Shown piece after piece: positions 19,675 to 28,890 of a stretch of 63,370 bases of DNA. How positions within the stretch are numbered: the stretch's first letter is position 1; the number at the start of each line of letters is the position of its first letter. The DNA lies in contig CACXIR010000004.1 in the NCBI GenBank assembly GCA_902767785.1, positions 1 through 63,370 of the forward strand, read 5' to 3'. The notes under the pieces were generated by a model. The model was not told the origin of the DNA and made no database searches. It saw nothing but the letters and a program-made list of their open reading frames with translations. A program made the position numbers and the translations under genes. Source of the DNA: Fibrobacter succinogenes (GTDB lineage Bacteria > Fibrobacterota > Fibrobacteria > Fibrobacterales > Fibrobacteraceae).

Positions 19675-21239
19675 GTGAAGTGAAAAGCGAAAAAATCAAG
19701 CAAGATGCCATCAATGCAGCTGCCTGGGCTGCGTGCGATACCTTCCGTGGGGCGGTTGATCCGGCGCAGTACAAGGACTACATTCTGGTGATGTTGTTCC
19801 TGAAGTATATGTCGGATGTATGGCGCGACCATTACGATGCTTACGGCAAGCAGTATGGTGGTGACGAGGCGAGAATCCTCCGCAAATTGGAACGCGAACG
19901 TTTTGTGCTTCCGATGGTAGAAATCAAGAACGACAAGGGCAAGGTCATTGACTCTTTTATCGCGGACTATTACAGCCTTTACGAACGCCGCACTGCAGAT
20001 AACATCGGCGATTTAATCAACATCGTTCTCGACAAGATTGAAACGCAGAACAGGCTCAAGCTCGAAGGCGTTTTCCGCAACATCGACTTTAACTCTGAAC
20101 CGAATCTCGGCAAGACGAAGGACCGCAATCGTCGCCTGCGCACGTTACTCGAGGATTTCGCCAAAGATGAGCTGGACATGTCGCCGAGCCGTGTTTCCGA
20201 AGACATCATTGGCAACACCTATATGTATCTGTTGGAGCGTTTCGGTGCCGAGGCTGGAAAGAAGGCCGGCGAATTTTTTACACCATTCGATGTGACGGAA
20301 CTTGTGGCGAAGCTCGCCGCTCCGAAGGATGGCGACAAGATTTGCGACCCGACGTGCGGCGCGGGCGGTTTGCTTTTGCAAGGCGCAAAGCAGGTGCCGA
20401 GCGGCAACTATGCTCTGTTTGGCCAGGAATCCAACGGCAGTACGTGGGCTCTTTGCCGTATGAACATGTTCCTGCATAGCACCGATAGCGCCCGCATTGA
20501 ATGGGGCGACACGCTCAACAGTCCGATGCTTGTCGAAAAGGACAAGTTGATGAAATTCAATGTTGTGGTGGCTAATCCGCCTTTCAGCCTTGATAAATGG
20601 GGCGCAGAAAACGCCGAAAGTGACCCCTACAAGCGTTTTTTCCGTGGAGTTCCGCCCAAGAGCAAGGGCGACTGGGCCTTCATTACGCACATGGTTGAAA
20701 CATGCCTCGCGGGCGAAGGACGCGTCGTTGTCGTAGTGCCGCACGGTGTGTTGTTCCGTGGTTCTTCCGAAGGCAAAATCCGTGAGGCGATGATTCGCGA
20801 AAACCTGCTGGATGCGGTAATCGGCCTCCCCGAAAATTTGTTCCCGACCACAAGCATTCCCGTGGCGATTCTGGTATTCGACCGCAGCCGTGAAATCGGC
20901 GGCAAGAACGCAAAGCGTAAGGATGTGCTGTTCATTGACGCAAGTCGTGAATTTGTGCAGGGCAAAAAACAGAATTCACTCTCTGAAGAGAATATCTCGA
21001 AGATCGTGAATACTTACAAGAAGCGCAAGAATGTGGACAAGTACGCCCATGTCGCCTCTTTCGACGAAATTGCAGGCAATGAATTCAACCTGAACATCCC
21101 GCGCTACGTAGATACCTTCGAAGAGGAGGCTCCCATTGATGTGGACGCGGTGCAGAAGGATATCGACCGCCTTGAAAAGGAACTCGCCGAAGTCCGTAAG
21201 CAGATGGCACAAAAACTGAAGGAGATTAAGCGGGGGTAA
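19671..21239 (+). CDS. hsdM: Type I R-M methyltransferase subunit M (m6A)
   Basis: WAACDTFRG, GEFFTP, DPTCGAGG (motif I), NPPF (motif IV), FNLNIPRYV. Confidence 0.95.
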   Translation: MSEVKSEKIKQDAINAAAWAACDTFRGAVDPAQYKDYILVMLFLKYMSDVWRDHYDAYGKQYGGDEARILRKLERERFVLPMVEIKNDKGKVIDSFIADYYSLYERRTADNIGDLINIVLDKIETQNRLKLEGVFRNIDFNSEPNLGKTKDRNRRLRTLLEDFAKDELDMSPSRVSEDIIGNTYMYLLERFGAEAGKKAGEFFTPFDVTELVAKLAAPKDGDKICDPTCGAGGLLLQGAKQVPSGNYALFGQESNGSTWALCRMNMFLHSTDSARIEWGDTLNSPMLVEKDKLMKFNVVVANPPFSLDKWGAENAESDPYKRFFRGVPPKSKGDWAFITHMVETCLAGEGRVVVVVPHGVLFRGSSEGKIREAMIRENLLDAVIGLPENLFPTTSIPVAILVFDRSREIGGKNAKRKDVLFIDASREFVQGKKQNSLSEENISKIVNTYKKRKNVDKYAHVASFDEIAGNEFNLNIPRYVDTFEEEAPIDVDAVQKDIDRLEKELAEVRKQMAQKLKEIKRG

Positions 21240-21248
21240 GGCTATTCG

Positions 21249-22724
21249 ATGACACTGGAAGAACTCAAAAAATTGATTTCTAAAGATGAGACGAAGAATG
21301 TCGAGTTGAAGAAATCTACCGGAGAACTTCGTGAAGGCATGCATACGGCATGTGCCTTCTTGAATTCCGATGGCGGAGTTCTCGTTTTCGGTGTCACACC
21401 CTCCTTGAATATTGTCGGGCAAATTGTTTCAGAATCTACTCGCCGCGATATCGCGCAGGCTTTGGCGGGGATCGAACCCGCAGTTACGCCCGTCATTGAA
21501 TATGTAGATATTCCCGGCAAGCCGAACCTCCAGGTAATCGTGCTGAGGTTCAATCCGTGGGTCTATGGGCAAAAGCCATACACATTCCACGGGAAGCCGT
21601 ATTATAGGTTAGAAAGCGTCACCAAGGCTATGCCCAGGGACATGTTTGATGAACGGATTCGCATTAACATGCCCCACCAGTATTCGTGGGAAATGAGGAC
21701 TGCCGAAGGATATAGCATAAAGGATCTTAACGCTGGCACGATTCGCGGGGTTGTGCGCCTCGGTGTCGAAGAAAAACGAATTCCCGTGGGGTCGCTCAAC
21801 GAGCCGATTAAAGTAATACTGAAAAAATGGAACCTGTTGGATGGCGACAATGTGAGGAACGCTGCGGTGTTTCTTTTTTCAAAAAGGTTCTCGTTTGAAT
21901 ATTTACTTCGGATGGCCCGCTTCCGGGGGACCGACAAGAACTACTTTATTGATAATCAACAGGCCCACGGCAACTTTTTTGATTTGTTGGATGCGGGCAT
22001 GGGTTTCTTCTTTAAGCACCTGTCCCTAAGCGGTGAAATCAAGGGGCTCAAGAGGGAAGAACACCTCGATGTTCCAGTGGCTGCCTTGCGCGAGGCTCTA
22101 ATAAATGCCCTTTGCCATAGGGATTACGACATTCACCAGTGCTCTATCGGCATCGCCATTTACGATGACCGTATAGAAATTGAAAGCCCCGGTTTATTGC
22201 CACATGAACTGACTCCGAAAACGATCAAACGGTCGCACCAGTCGTTCCCACGAAACGAAGTTCTTGCGAACGTCTTATACCAAACTACATACTTGGAAAA
22301 ATGGGGCTCGGGAATCAAGCGCATAATGGATGCTTGCAAGGCGGAAAATTCGCCTCAACCCTTCTGGAGCGAGCAGACGGGGTATACGGTCGTGACCTTC
22401 CCGCTGAACAAGTTAAATGGCAAAATTGTTACCCAAAATGCACCTCAAAATGCACCTCAAAATGCACCTCAAAACGCACCTCAAAAAAGAACAGATTTGA
22501 TTGGTGAAATGATTGCTAAAAATAGGTCGATTACAATTGCCGAAATAGCACAAAAACTAAATGTCAGTCGCGATACAATCAAACGAGATCTAAAAAAATC
22601 AGGCTTTGCTTGGGAAGGCGCATCGAAAAATGGACATTGGGTTCGTGAACAAAAACGTTTTGTTGACGCCAACAAAACATCGGTTAAGAAGATCAAAAGA
22701 AAAACGAAGAGGATTGGGAAATAG
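21249..22724 (+). CDS. AlbA_2/Schlafen-like + HATPase_c_4 + C-terminal HTH ATP-binding protein
   Basis: ETKNVELKKS...ACAFLNSDGGVLVFGV; REALINALCHRDY; IEIESPG; EKWGSGI; ITIAEIAQKLNVSRDTIKRDL. Confidence 0.85.
   Translation: MTLEELKKLISKDETKNVELKKSTGELREGMHTACAFLNSDGGVLVFGVTPSLNIVGQIVSESTRRDIAQALAGIEPAVTPVIEYVDIPGKPNLQVIVLRFNPWVYGQKPYTFHGKPYYRLESVTKAMPRDMFDERIRINMPHQYSWEMRTAEGYSIKDLNAGTIRGVVRLGVEEKRIPVGSLNEPIKVILKKWNLLDGDNVRNAAVFLFSKRFSFEYLLRMARFRGTDKNYFIDNQQAHGNFFDLLDAGMGFFFKHLSLSGEIKGLKREEHLDVPVAALREALINALCHRDYDIHQCSIGIAIYDDRIEIESPGLLPHELTPKTIKRSHQSFPRNEVLANVLYQTTYLEKWGSGIKRIMDACKAENSPQPFWSEQTGYTVVTFPLNKLNGKIVTQNAPQNAPQNAPQNAPQKRTDLIGEMIAKNRSITIAEIAQKLNVSRDTIKRDLKKSGFAWEGASKNGHWVREQKRFVDANKTSVKKIKRKTKRIGK
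22434..22486 (+). repeat. In-frame 12-bp tandem repeat, about 4.4 copies (QNAP)n
   Basis: CAAAATGCACCT x3, CAAAACGCACCT, CAAAA. Confidence 0.95.
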
Positions 22725-22838
22725 ACCTTTTTCGTGAGGTCACGAAAATGGTTGCAATTGTTTTAACGGTATGTATTTGCACACGGTTAGAAAAAGAGGC
22801 TTTTGTACGATTTAAACGTAACGAATTCGGTACGTTTA
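22657..22838. repeat. Cluster of four different 22-28 bp palindromes
   Basis: 22657-22678 (9/9 arm match), 22725-22752 (12/13), 22764-22789 (9/12), 22813-22838 (12/13). Confidence 0.8.
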
Positions 22839-22882
22839 GAAAGAAGAATCAGAGATAATATTGAACTGAACAAGGATGAAAT

Positions 22883-24898
22883 ATGTCAAATAGCAACAAG
22901 CACATTGAAGATTATTTGAACGAGTATCTTCGAATTGAAAAGCCCGGTTTCGCCGTGCTTATTAAAGGAGCGTGGGGCTCGGGAAAAACATATTTTGTTA
23001 AGAACTATATTGAGCACCAATTAAAGCCTAATAACAAAGAGCTGAAACCGATTTATATCAGTCTATTTGGGGTTTCTTCAAAAGAAGAAATTGATAGTAG
23101 AATTTATGAAGCGGTGCATAATCTTATAAACAAGCCTGTTTCTAAAATGACTTTTGGAGTAGCTAAAACAGCAGCTTTAATCGGTAGTAACTTGTTAGGT
23201 GGAGCGGCTGCTCAAGATGCTGTTAGTGGAATTATTAGTGGATCAAAAAAAATCGGCGATTTTCTAAAAAAATGCAAAGACAATTATGTCCTCTTTTTTG
23301 ATGATTGTGAACGAGCCTCTGTTGATTTAGTGGAACTATTTGGATTTATCAATCCATTTGTTGAGGATGATGGCTTGCACTGTGTTTTGGTTGCCGATGA
23401 AGTGGCATGGATTGATCAGTTTAAGCAGCAAAGTGTTGTGCAAAAGAATGTGTACGAGATTAAGCCATCTGAAAAGAAATCCAATAAGATTCGTAGTCTT
23501 AAGTTTCAAATTGAAGAGGTTAATGAGCGAGAAAAGGTTAGAAGCCTAAAACTTATCAAAGAAAAAGTTATTGGTAAAGAATTTACAATCAGAACGGATG
23601 TAGAAGATGTTTTAGATCAATGGCTAGATGCATCCAACGGAATTGATCAAATAAACGAGAGAACGAAGAAGATTTTGCGAAAAAATAAGACTCTCTTATC
23701 TCGTATCATTTCCTTTTCAGGCGTGTCAAACTATAGGGCTATACGATACTCTCTTTTAGACTTTGATTTATTTATCGGCGGTAGAGGAAATAAGTTTAAT
23801 ATCCCCGATAGTTTGCTGCGCAAATCAGAATTTAACGAATTGTTGATAGCCGATTTCTTTTGTATCCATTATTCATTTTATTTAGGTAACCTGACGAACG
23901 CTGATATTGGGCAAGAAACGCCTACTGATATTCGCGTTGCGGCGTATATGAACAAGGAGTCTAATATTGATGTTCCTGCAACTGTTTGGGAAAAACATTC
24001 GGAACAGTATTCGATAATACCAAGACTATCTGTAAATACAGGTTCTTATGGAAAAAAATGGTTCAATGTATGGAAAGATTGGCTAACTAAAAGCCAGTAT
24101 GATATTGAATATGTAAAAAAGCTCATAAGTGAATCAGAATGGTTTGATAAAAGTAAGAATCCTGATTTACAGAATATATATAGATGGCCTTTTCTATCTG
24201 CAAAAGAGGGCGATTCTGCGATAAGTGCTTTTTATAAGGCCTTGAAACAGAAAACACTTTTAAACTCAAATGAAATTTTCTCTCTTTTTTACCATTTGTA
24301 TTGGTACGCACAGAAAGGCGCTTTGTGCGAAACGGCTGATGAATTGTATGAAAGAATGTCTAAATACGTAAAATCGGTAAAAAACTCTCTTGTATACGAA
24401 AAACTCGATGAGTCGTCAGAGATTTTACAATATCATTCATTATATAGAGAGTATGAAAATAAAAACGAAGAATTTCGTCATCTTATGGAAAATGAACTTG
24501 CAACGGTAAAGCAGAAAAAGAATCATGATACTTTAGACTTGTTCTATAAAAATCTAGCGAGCAAAAATGTTGAAACACTTTTGAGTGCGTGTGCTATGAT
24601 GTCGGAACAATATGGGAAAAACGAATTTTTCTCTTTTCAAAAAATAGATGTTGATCGGTTTCTTAAAATATTTGTTTCCCATAATCCAGAGACACAAAAC
24701 CGAATTCGTAATGCGTTTGAAGGAAGATATAACCACATAAAAATGGATGACGAAGAAAAGAAGTTTTTAGAGAAAATGCGAACCGTCGTAGAACATAAAT
24801 TTAAGGAAAAACCCAAAGCAGGAAAATATGCAATAACAACAAGCCAATTTGGGCTGTATTACTTAGGCAATCAAATAAAAAAGATTTTGGAAAATTAA
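22883..24898 (+). CDS. KAP family P-loop NTPase
   Basis: FAVLIKGAWGSGKT Walker A, YISLFG, LFFDDCER Walker B, KEKVIG; AT-rich. Confidence 0.85.
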   Translation: MSNSNKHIEDYLNEYLRIEKPGFAVLIKGAWGSGKTYFVKNYIEHQLKPNNKELKPIYISLFGVSSKEEIDSRIYEAVHNLINKPVSKMTFGVAKTAALIGSNLLGGAAAQDAVSGIISGSKKIGDFLKKCKDNYVLFFDDCERASVDLVELFGFINPFVEDDGLHCVLVADEVAWIDQFKQQSVVQKNVYEIKPSEKKSNKIRSLKFQIEEVNEREKVRSLKLIKEKVIGKEFTIRTDVEDVLDQWLDASNGIDQINERTKKILRKNKTLLSRIISFSGVSNYRAIRYSLLDFDLFIGGRGNKFNIPDSLLRKSEFNELLIADFFCIHYSFYLGNLTNADIGQETPTDIRVAAYMNKESNIDVPATVWEKHSEQYSIIPRLSVNTGSYGKKWFNVWKDWLTKSQYDIEYVKKLISESEWFDKSKNPDLQNIYRWPFLSAKEGDSAISAFYKALKQKTLLNSNEIFSLFYHLYWYAQKGALCETADELYERMSKYVKSVKNSLVYEKLDESSEILQYHSLYREYENKNEEFRHLMENELATVKQKKNHDTLDLFYKNLASKNVETLLSACAMMSEQYGKNEFFSFQKIDVDRFLKIFVSHNPETQNRIRNAFEGRYNHIKMDDEEKKFLEKMRTVVEHKFKEKPKAGKYAITTSQFGLYYLGNQIKKILEN

Positions 24899-24918
24899 GA
24901 TATAAGGAGAATAATGGA

Positions 24919-25431
24919 ATGATTAACGAATCTGAAGAATGGGTCGATAAACTTGTTGTTGATATGGAAGAAACCATTGAGAATGAAGGGATATCTTTAA
25001 CGAATGCCGCGTTTCATTTTGATGAACTTGATTGCAAAAAATTAGGTTTATCATTAGATCAGCTTAATAGTGCAATACGTAAAGCAACGTCGCTTGGCCT
25101 AATAAAGAAGTTTACCTGGGGAAAGGAAGAAAAATGTAAATTAACCGAAGAAGGTCGTGCTCGTGCTAGGTCTTGCATGCTTCGAAAAAAAGATGGCGAA
25201 CCGGGACACTCCATAGTCATCAACGGAAATAATGCGAATGTTCAAGTTGGAAATAATAATGTTCAAAACGTTTCCAATGCATTCAACTACTTGCTTGAAC
25301 AGATAGATAAGTCAAGTGCAACCGCACAAGAAAAGAGCGATGCCAAAAGTCTTATGAAAAAATTTATTGAGCATCCTCTTGTCAATACTATTTTAGGGAC
25401 TGCAGGTGAAGCTTTAACTAGTCTGCTGTGA
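24919..25431 (+). CDS. wHTH-like protein with a RHIM-like motif and helical C-terminus
   Basis: AAGGAG RBS; GLIKK...KLTEEG wing-like segment; SIVINGNNANVQVGNNNVQNV. Confidence 0.65.
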   Translation: MINESEEWVDKLVVDMEETIENEGISLTNAAFHFDELDCKKLGLSLDQLNSAIRKATSLGLIKKFTWGKEEKCKLTEEGRARARSCMLRKKDGEPGHSIVINGNNANVQVGNNNVQNVSNAFNYLLEQIDKSSATAQEKSDAKSLMKKFIEHPLVNTILGTAGEALTSLL

Positions 25432-25437
25432 GGTGGT

Positions 25438-25680
25438 ATGGAAGAGAAAAGAACCATTCCATTAAGGTGTATTTTTTGCAAATCGACTAGCTTCGATGTG
25501 CCCTATGAAGGATATGAACCGAAACCAGGCGAGCAAATCAAATGTGCGAATTGCGGTCAAAGCAACGATTATACTTCTTTACGGTCTTTAGCTCGTAAAG
25601 AAGGCGAGAAAATTGCGAAAGAAATTATGGGCGATAAAATCAAAGAGTTTCAAAAGAATGTAAGGAAAATGTTCAAATGA
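25438..25680 (+). CDS. Small Zn-ribbon protein (resembles the ECs_2282-type putative Zn-binding family)
   Basis: GAGG RBS; CIFC...CANC followed by an amphipathic helix; ATGA overlap with hsdS. Confidence 0.65.
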   Translation: MEEKRTIPLRCIFCKSTSFDVPYEGYEPKPGEQIKCANCGQSNDYTSLRSLARKEGEKIAKEIMGDKIKEFQKNVRKMFK

Positions 25681-26876
25681 GTTTGCCTAATGGATGGAAA
25701 AAAGTGAAGTTGGGGGATGTTGCCAAGGTGACATCTGGCGGAACACCTTTGAGAACGCAAACTGAATATTGGAATGGCGATATTCCTTGGGTCAAAACCG
25801 CCCAGATCCAAAACAGACATATATCAAAAGACCAGGTGGACGAATACATCACAGAATTAGGTGTAAAGGAGTCTTCTGCAAAGATTGTTCCGAAGGGAAC
25901 GTTGTTGATGGCTATGTATGGGCAAGGAAAAACGAGAGGGCAAGTCGCTATTCTTGATATAGATGCGACTATCAATCAGGCTTGTGCTGCATTTAATTTG
26001 AAAGAAAATGAAGTGTCAACACAATACTTGTTTCAATATTTTTTATTCAATTATGATAACATTCGAAATTTGAGCAATGATGGCGGACAAAAGAATTTAA
26101 GTGCGGAAATTATAAAAAAGATTCCATTAGATTTGCCCCCGCTAGAAGAGCAGAAGAAGATTGCGGCGACGCTTTCGGTCTGGGACTCCGCCATTGAAAA
26201 AATGGAAAAACTCATCGAAGTAAAATTGCACGATTTTAATCTGTTGATGGAAAAACTTATTGTCAAACAGTCCATCAAAAATAAAGTGAAAACCTATTCT
26301 ATAAAAGAGTTGTTTGATGTTGTAAATAGGAAAAACAAAACAGGGAATACAAATGTTTTGACATCTTCAGCACAATATGGATTGGTGAATCAGCAGGAAT
26401 ATTATAAAAAGAATATTGCTTCATCAGATATTTCGGGGTACTACTTGTTAGAAAAAGGCGATTTTGCTTACAATAGAAGTTCTTCTGCTGGATATCCGTA
26501 TGGAGTAATCAAGCGTTTAGAAAAATATGAGTCGGGAGTTCTTTCAACACTATATTTATGTATGACATTGAAAGATGAATATAAATCTTTTTCAGATTAT
26601 TTTGTATTTCTTTTTGAATCGGGCTATTTAAACAATCAGTTGGCTTTGATTTGTAGGGAAGGTGCTCGAAACCATGGTTTATTGAATGTGTCAAAAGAAG
26701 ACTTCTTTAATATGAAAGTTCAGTTGCCAAGTGAAAAAGAACAACAAAACATAGTCTGTATTTTGCAAAACCATTCGTGCGAGCTGTCTCTTCTCAAGCA
26801 GCAACTTGAAAACTACAAAAAGCAGAAACAAGGCTTGATGCAAAAACTCCTCACCGGGCAATGGCGAGTGAAATAA
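25677..26876 (+). CDS. hsdS: Type I R-M specificity subunit S
   Basis: LPNGWKKVKLGDV, SGGTP, LPPLEEQKKIA, LPSEKEQQNI, KQGLMQKLLTG; two TRDs. Confidence 0.93.
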   Translation: MSLPNGWKKVKLGDVAKVTSGGTPLRTQTEYWNGDIPWVKTAQIQNRHISKDQVDEYITELGVKESSAKIVPKGTLLMAMYGQGKTRGQVAILDIDATINQACAAFNLKENEVSTQYLFQYFLFNYDNIRNLSNDGGQKNLSAEIIKKIPLDLPPLEEQKKIAATLSVWDSAIEKMEKLIEVKLHDFNLLMEKLIVKQSIKNKVKTYSIKELFDVVNRKNKTGNTNVLTSSAQYGLVNQQEYYKKNIASSDISGYYLLEKGDFAYNRSSSAGYPYGVIKRLEKYESGVLSTLYLCMTLKDEYKSFSDYFVFLFESGYLNNQLALICREGARNHGLLNVSKEDFFNMKVQLPSEKEQQNIVCILQNHSCELSLLKQQLENYKKQKQGLMQKLLTGQWRVK

Positions 26877-26887
26877 GGGAGGAATGT

Positions 26888-28867
26888 ATGGAAAATGATG
26901 AAATAATCACTAAGATTAGAGATTATATAAAAAAACAGCGCGAAGATAACGGAATTATCAATACTTGGCTTAATACTGTTTTTTTGCCGAATTTCAAGAC
27001 CATTATTGGATGGATAGAAACTTATAGGCCGGATTTTGAAAACTGTGAAAAAGAAATGGAACTTCTTGTCCGTCGTCTGAAAGGAACAAACGACTATTTC
27101 AAAAAATTAGAGGCAATAGAAGCTCAAATAGATGAACATTGCGACTGGTCAAAAAATTATTTAAATTTATTGTATCATACGATAAAACCATATTCTTTTT
27201 CGTTCCTGATCCATTTGTTTTATGATGTTAATTTCTTTCATAATGCGTTAGAAAACGAAAATTTCCGTCCACAATTTGTCCAAAAAACGCTTCACTTGCG
27301 AGACGAATGTAGACAGATTGATAATGAACAATTAGAAAGTATTTTTAGTCATCTAGAAAAGTTTTCTCTATTTAAATGTTTAGAGAGCAACTTTGTTATT
27401 ATTGGGGCCAATGGGTCAGGAAAAAGTTCGTTTTCACGAAACACAAGACAAATTCTTAATAATGTCGTAATCATTGCCTCACAAAAAGTTTTTTCATATA
27501 GAAGTGTAAAAAATTTTTCATTGGGTAATCGATGCCGTCAAAACCTTCATAATTATCAATCACAAGATAAATTGTACAAGGATGAAGATTTTAATGGCTA
27601 CATGGAAGACTTACAACGGGTTCTAGAAGCTCTTTTTGAAGAAAAAAATGAACTCGCAAATAAATTGTATGATGGCGAGATAACGGAACGGGTAAAATCA
27701 ACACTTGAAAAAGTAATATGTTTATGGAATGAGTTGTTGCCGCATCGTTTTTTGGTAGCCAAAAATGGGGATATTCAAGTTCAGGAAAATGGTGGCACTT
27801 TATACGCGTTCGACTTTATGAGCGATGGAGAAAAAGCAGTTTTTTATTATATAGCACATATTTTATTGGCTAAAGAAAACAGCTACATCATTATCGATGA
27901 ACCGGAAAATCACTTGCATCTCGCCTTGATTATGAAATTGTGGGATGCTTTGGAATTGGCTAGACAGGATTGTCAGTTTATATATCTAACGCACAATCTT
28001 GAATTTGCTGCATCACGCAATAATGCTGAAAAAATATGGATGAAGCGCTTTATCGCTCCCGACAAATGGGAAATGGAAAAACTTCCTACAGATGATGATT
28101 TGCCAGAAATATTATATATGGAACTTTTGGGCAGCCGTAAGCCTATTTTGTTCTGTGAAGGAACGAAAGCAAGTTTAGACTACAAACTATATACAAGGCT
28201 TTTCCCGAATTATATGGTCATTCCTGTTGATGGACATCTTCAAGTGATAAGTTATACAAAGGCTTTTAATAATTCTTGTAGTATTCATCATAATAAAGCT
28301 ATTGGCATTATTGATGGTGATTTCCATAAAGATGAACAAAAAGAAACTTGGAAAAAAGATAATATATATTGTTTAGACGTACAGGAGGTCGAAAATATCT
28401 TATGCGATGAAGATTTGCTGACCGCTGCTGTGGAATTTTTCCATGCAGATGATGATGCTGTAGCTAAAATAAAAGAACAGTTCTTTATAAATCTGGAACA
28501 GGAAATAGATGATCAATGTGTTGAATTTGCTGAGCAATCAATAAATAATCAGTTTAAAGAAAACATGTTGAAAAGGAACAAATGTATAGACGAATTAAAG
28601 TTCTCTTTAAAGAATCTAAGTGAGCAATTAGATAAAGAAATCGATATCCTTGTTGCTGAACAACAAAAACGTTTGCAAAATATTCTTGATGAAAAGGACT
28701 ATGAAGAAGGTGTTAGACGATATAACAATAAGAAGATTATATCTATTGTTTCCTTGTTTATTGAAAAAGAATACTCTAAGCGCATATTCAAGTTGTTGGA
28801 TACTAATGCTGATGTTTTAAATACCCTTAGGAATAAGTATTTTGCAGATGTTCCGCAGAATCTGTAG
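26888..28867 (+). CDS. Fused ABC-type ATPase + DUF4435/TOPRIM-like protein (PARIS AriAB-like)
   Basis: GANGSGKS, MSDGEK, IIIDEPENHLH, LTHN; then FCEG...D, IIDGD and EVEN TOPRIM-like motifs. Confidence 0.8.
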   Translation: MENDEIITKIRDYIKKQREDNGIINTWLNTVFLPNFKTIIGWIETYRPDFENCEKEMELLVRRLKGTNDYFKKLEAIEAQIDEHCDWSKNYLNLLYHTIKPYSFSFLIHLFYDVNFFHNALENENFRPQFVQKTLHLRDECRQIDNEQLESIFSHLEKFSLFKCLESNFVIIGANGSGKSSFSRNTRQILNNVVIIASQKVFSYRSVKNFSLGNRCRQNLHNYQSQDKLYKDEDFNGYMEDLQRVLEALFEEKNELANKLYDGEITERVKSTLEKVICLWNELLPHRFLVAKNGDIQVQENGGTLYAFDFMSDGEKAVFYYIAHILLAKENSYIIIDEPENHLHLALIMKLWDALELARQDCQFIYLTHNLEFAASRNNAEKIWMKRFIAPDKWEMEKLPTDDDLPEILYMELLGSRKPILFCEGTKASLDYKLYTRLFPNYMVIPVDGHLQVISYTKAFNNSCSIHHNKAIGIIDGDFHKDEQKETWKKDNIYCLDVQEVENILCDEDLLTAAVEFFHADDDAVAKIKEQFFINLEQEIDDQCVEFAEQSINNQFKENMLKRNKCIDELKFSLKNLSEQLDKEIDILVAEQQKRLQNILDEKDYEEGVRRYNNKKIISIVSLFIEKEYSKRIFKLLDTNADVLNTLRNKYFADVPQNL

Positions 28868-28890
28868 AATAAAACGAAAGGAAGTCGTTT

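Noticed and set aside
22657-22838. Possible CRISPR or integron attC array
   Set aside because: Units are not identical repeats, spacing is irregular, and no cas or integron integrase gene is in the window
19084-26876. hsdS shufflon (invertible TRDs)
   Set aside because: Both S-like genes are co-oriented, with no recombinase and no evident shared inverted repeats
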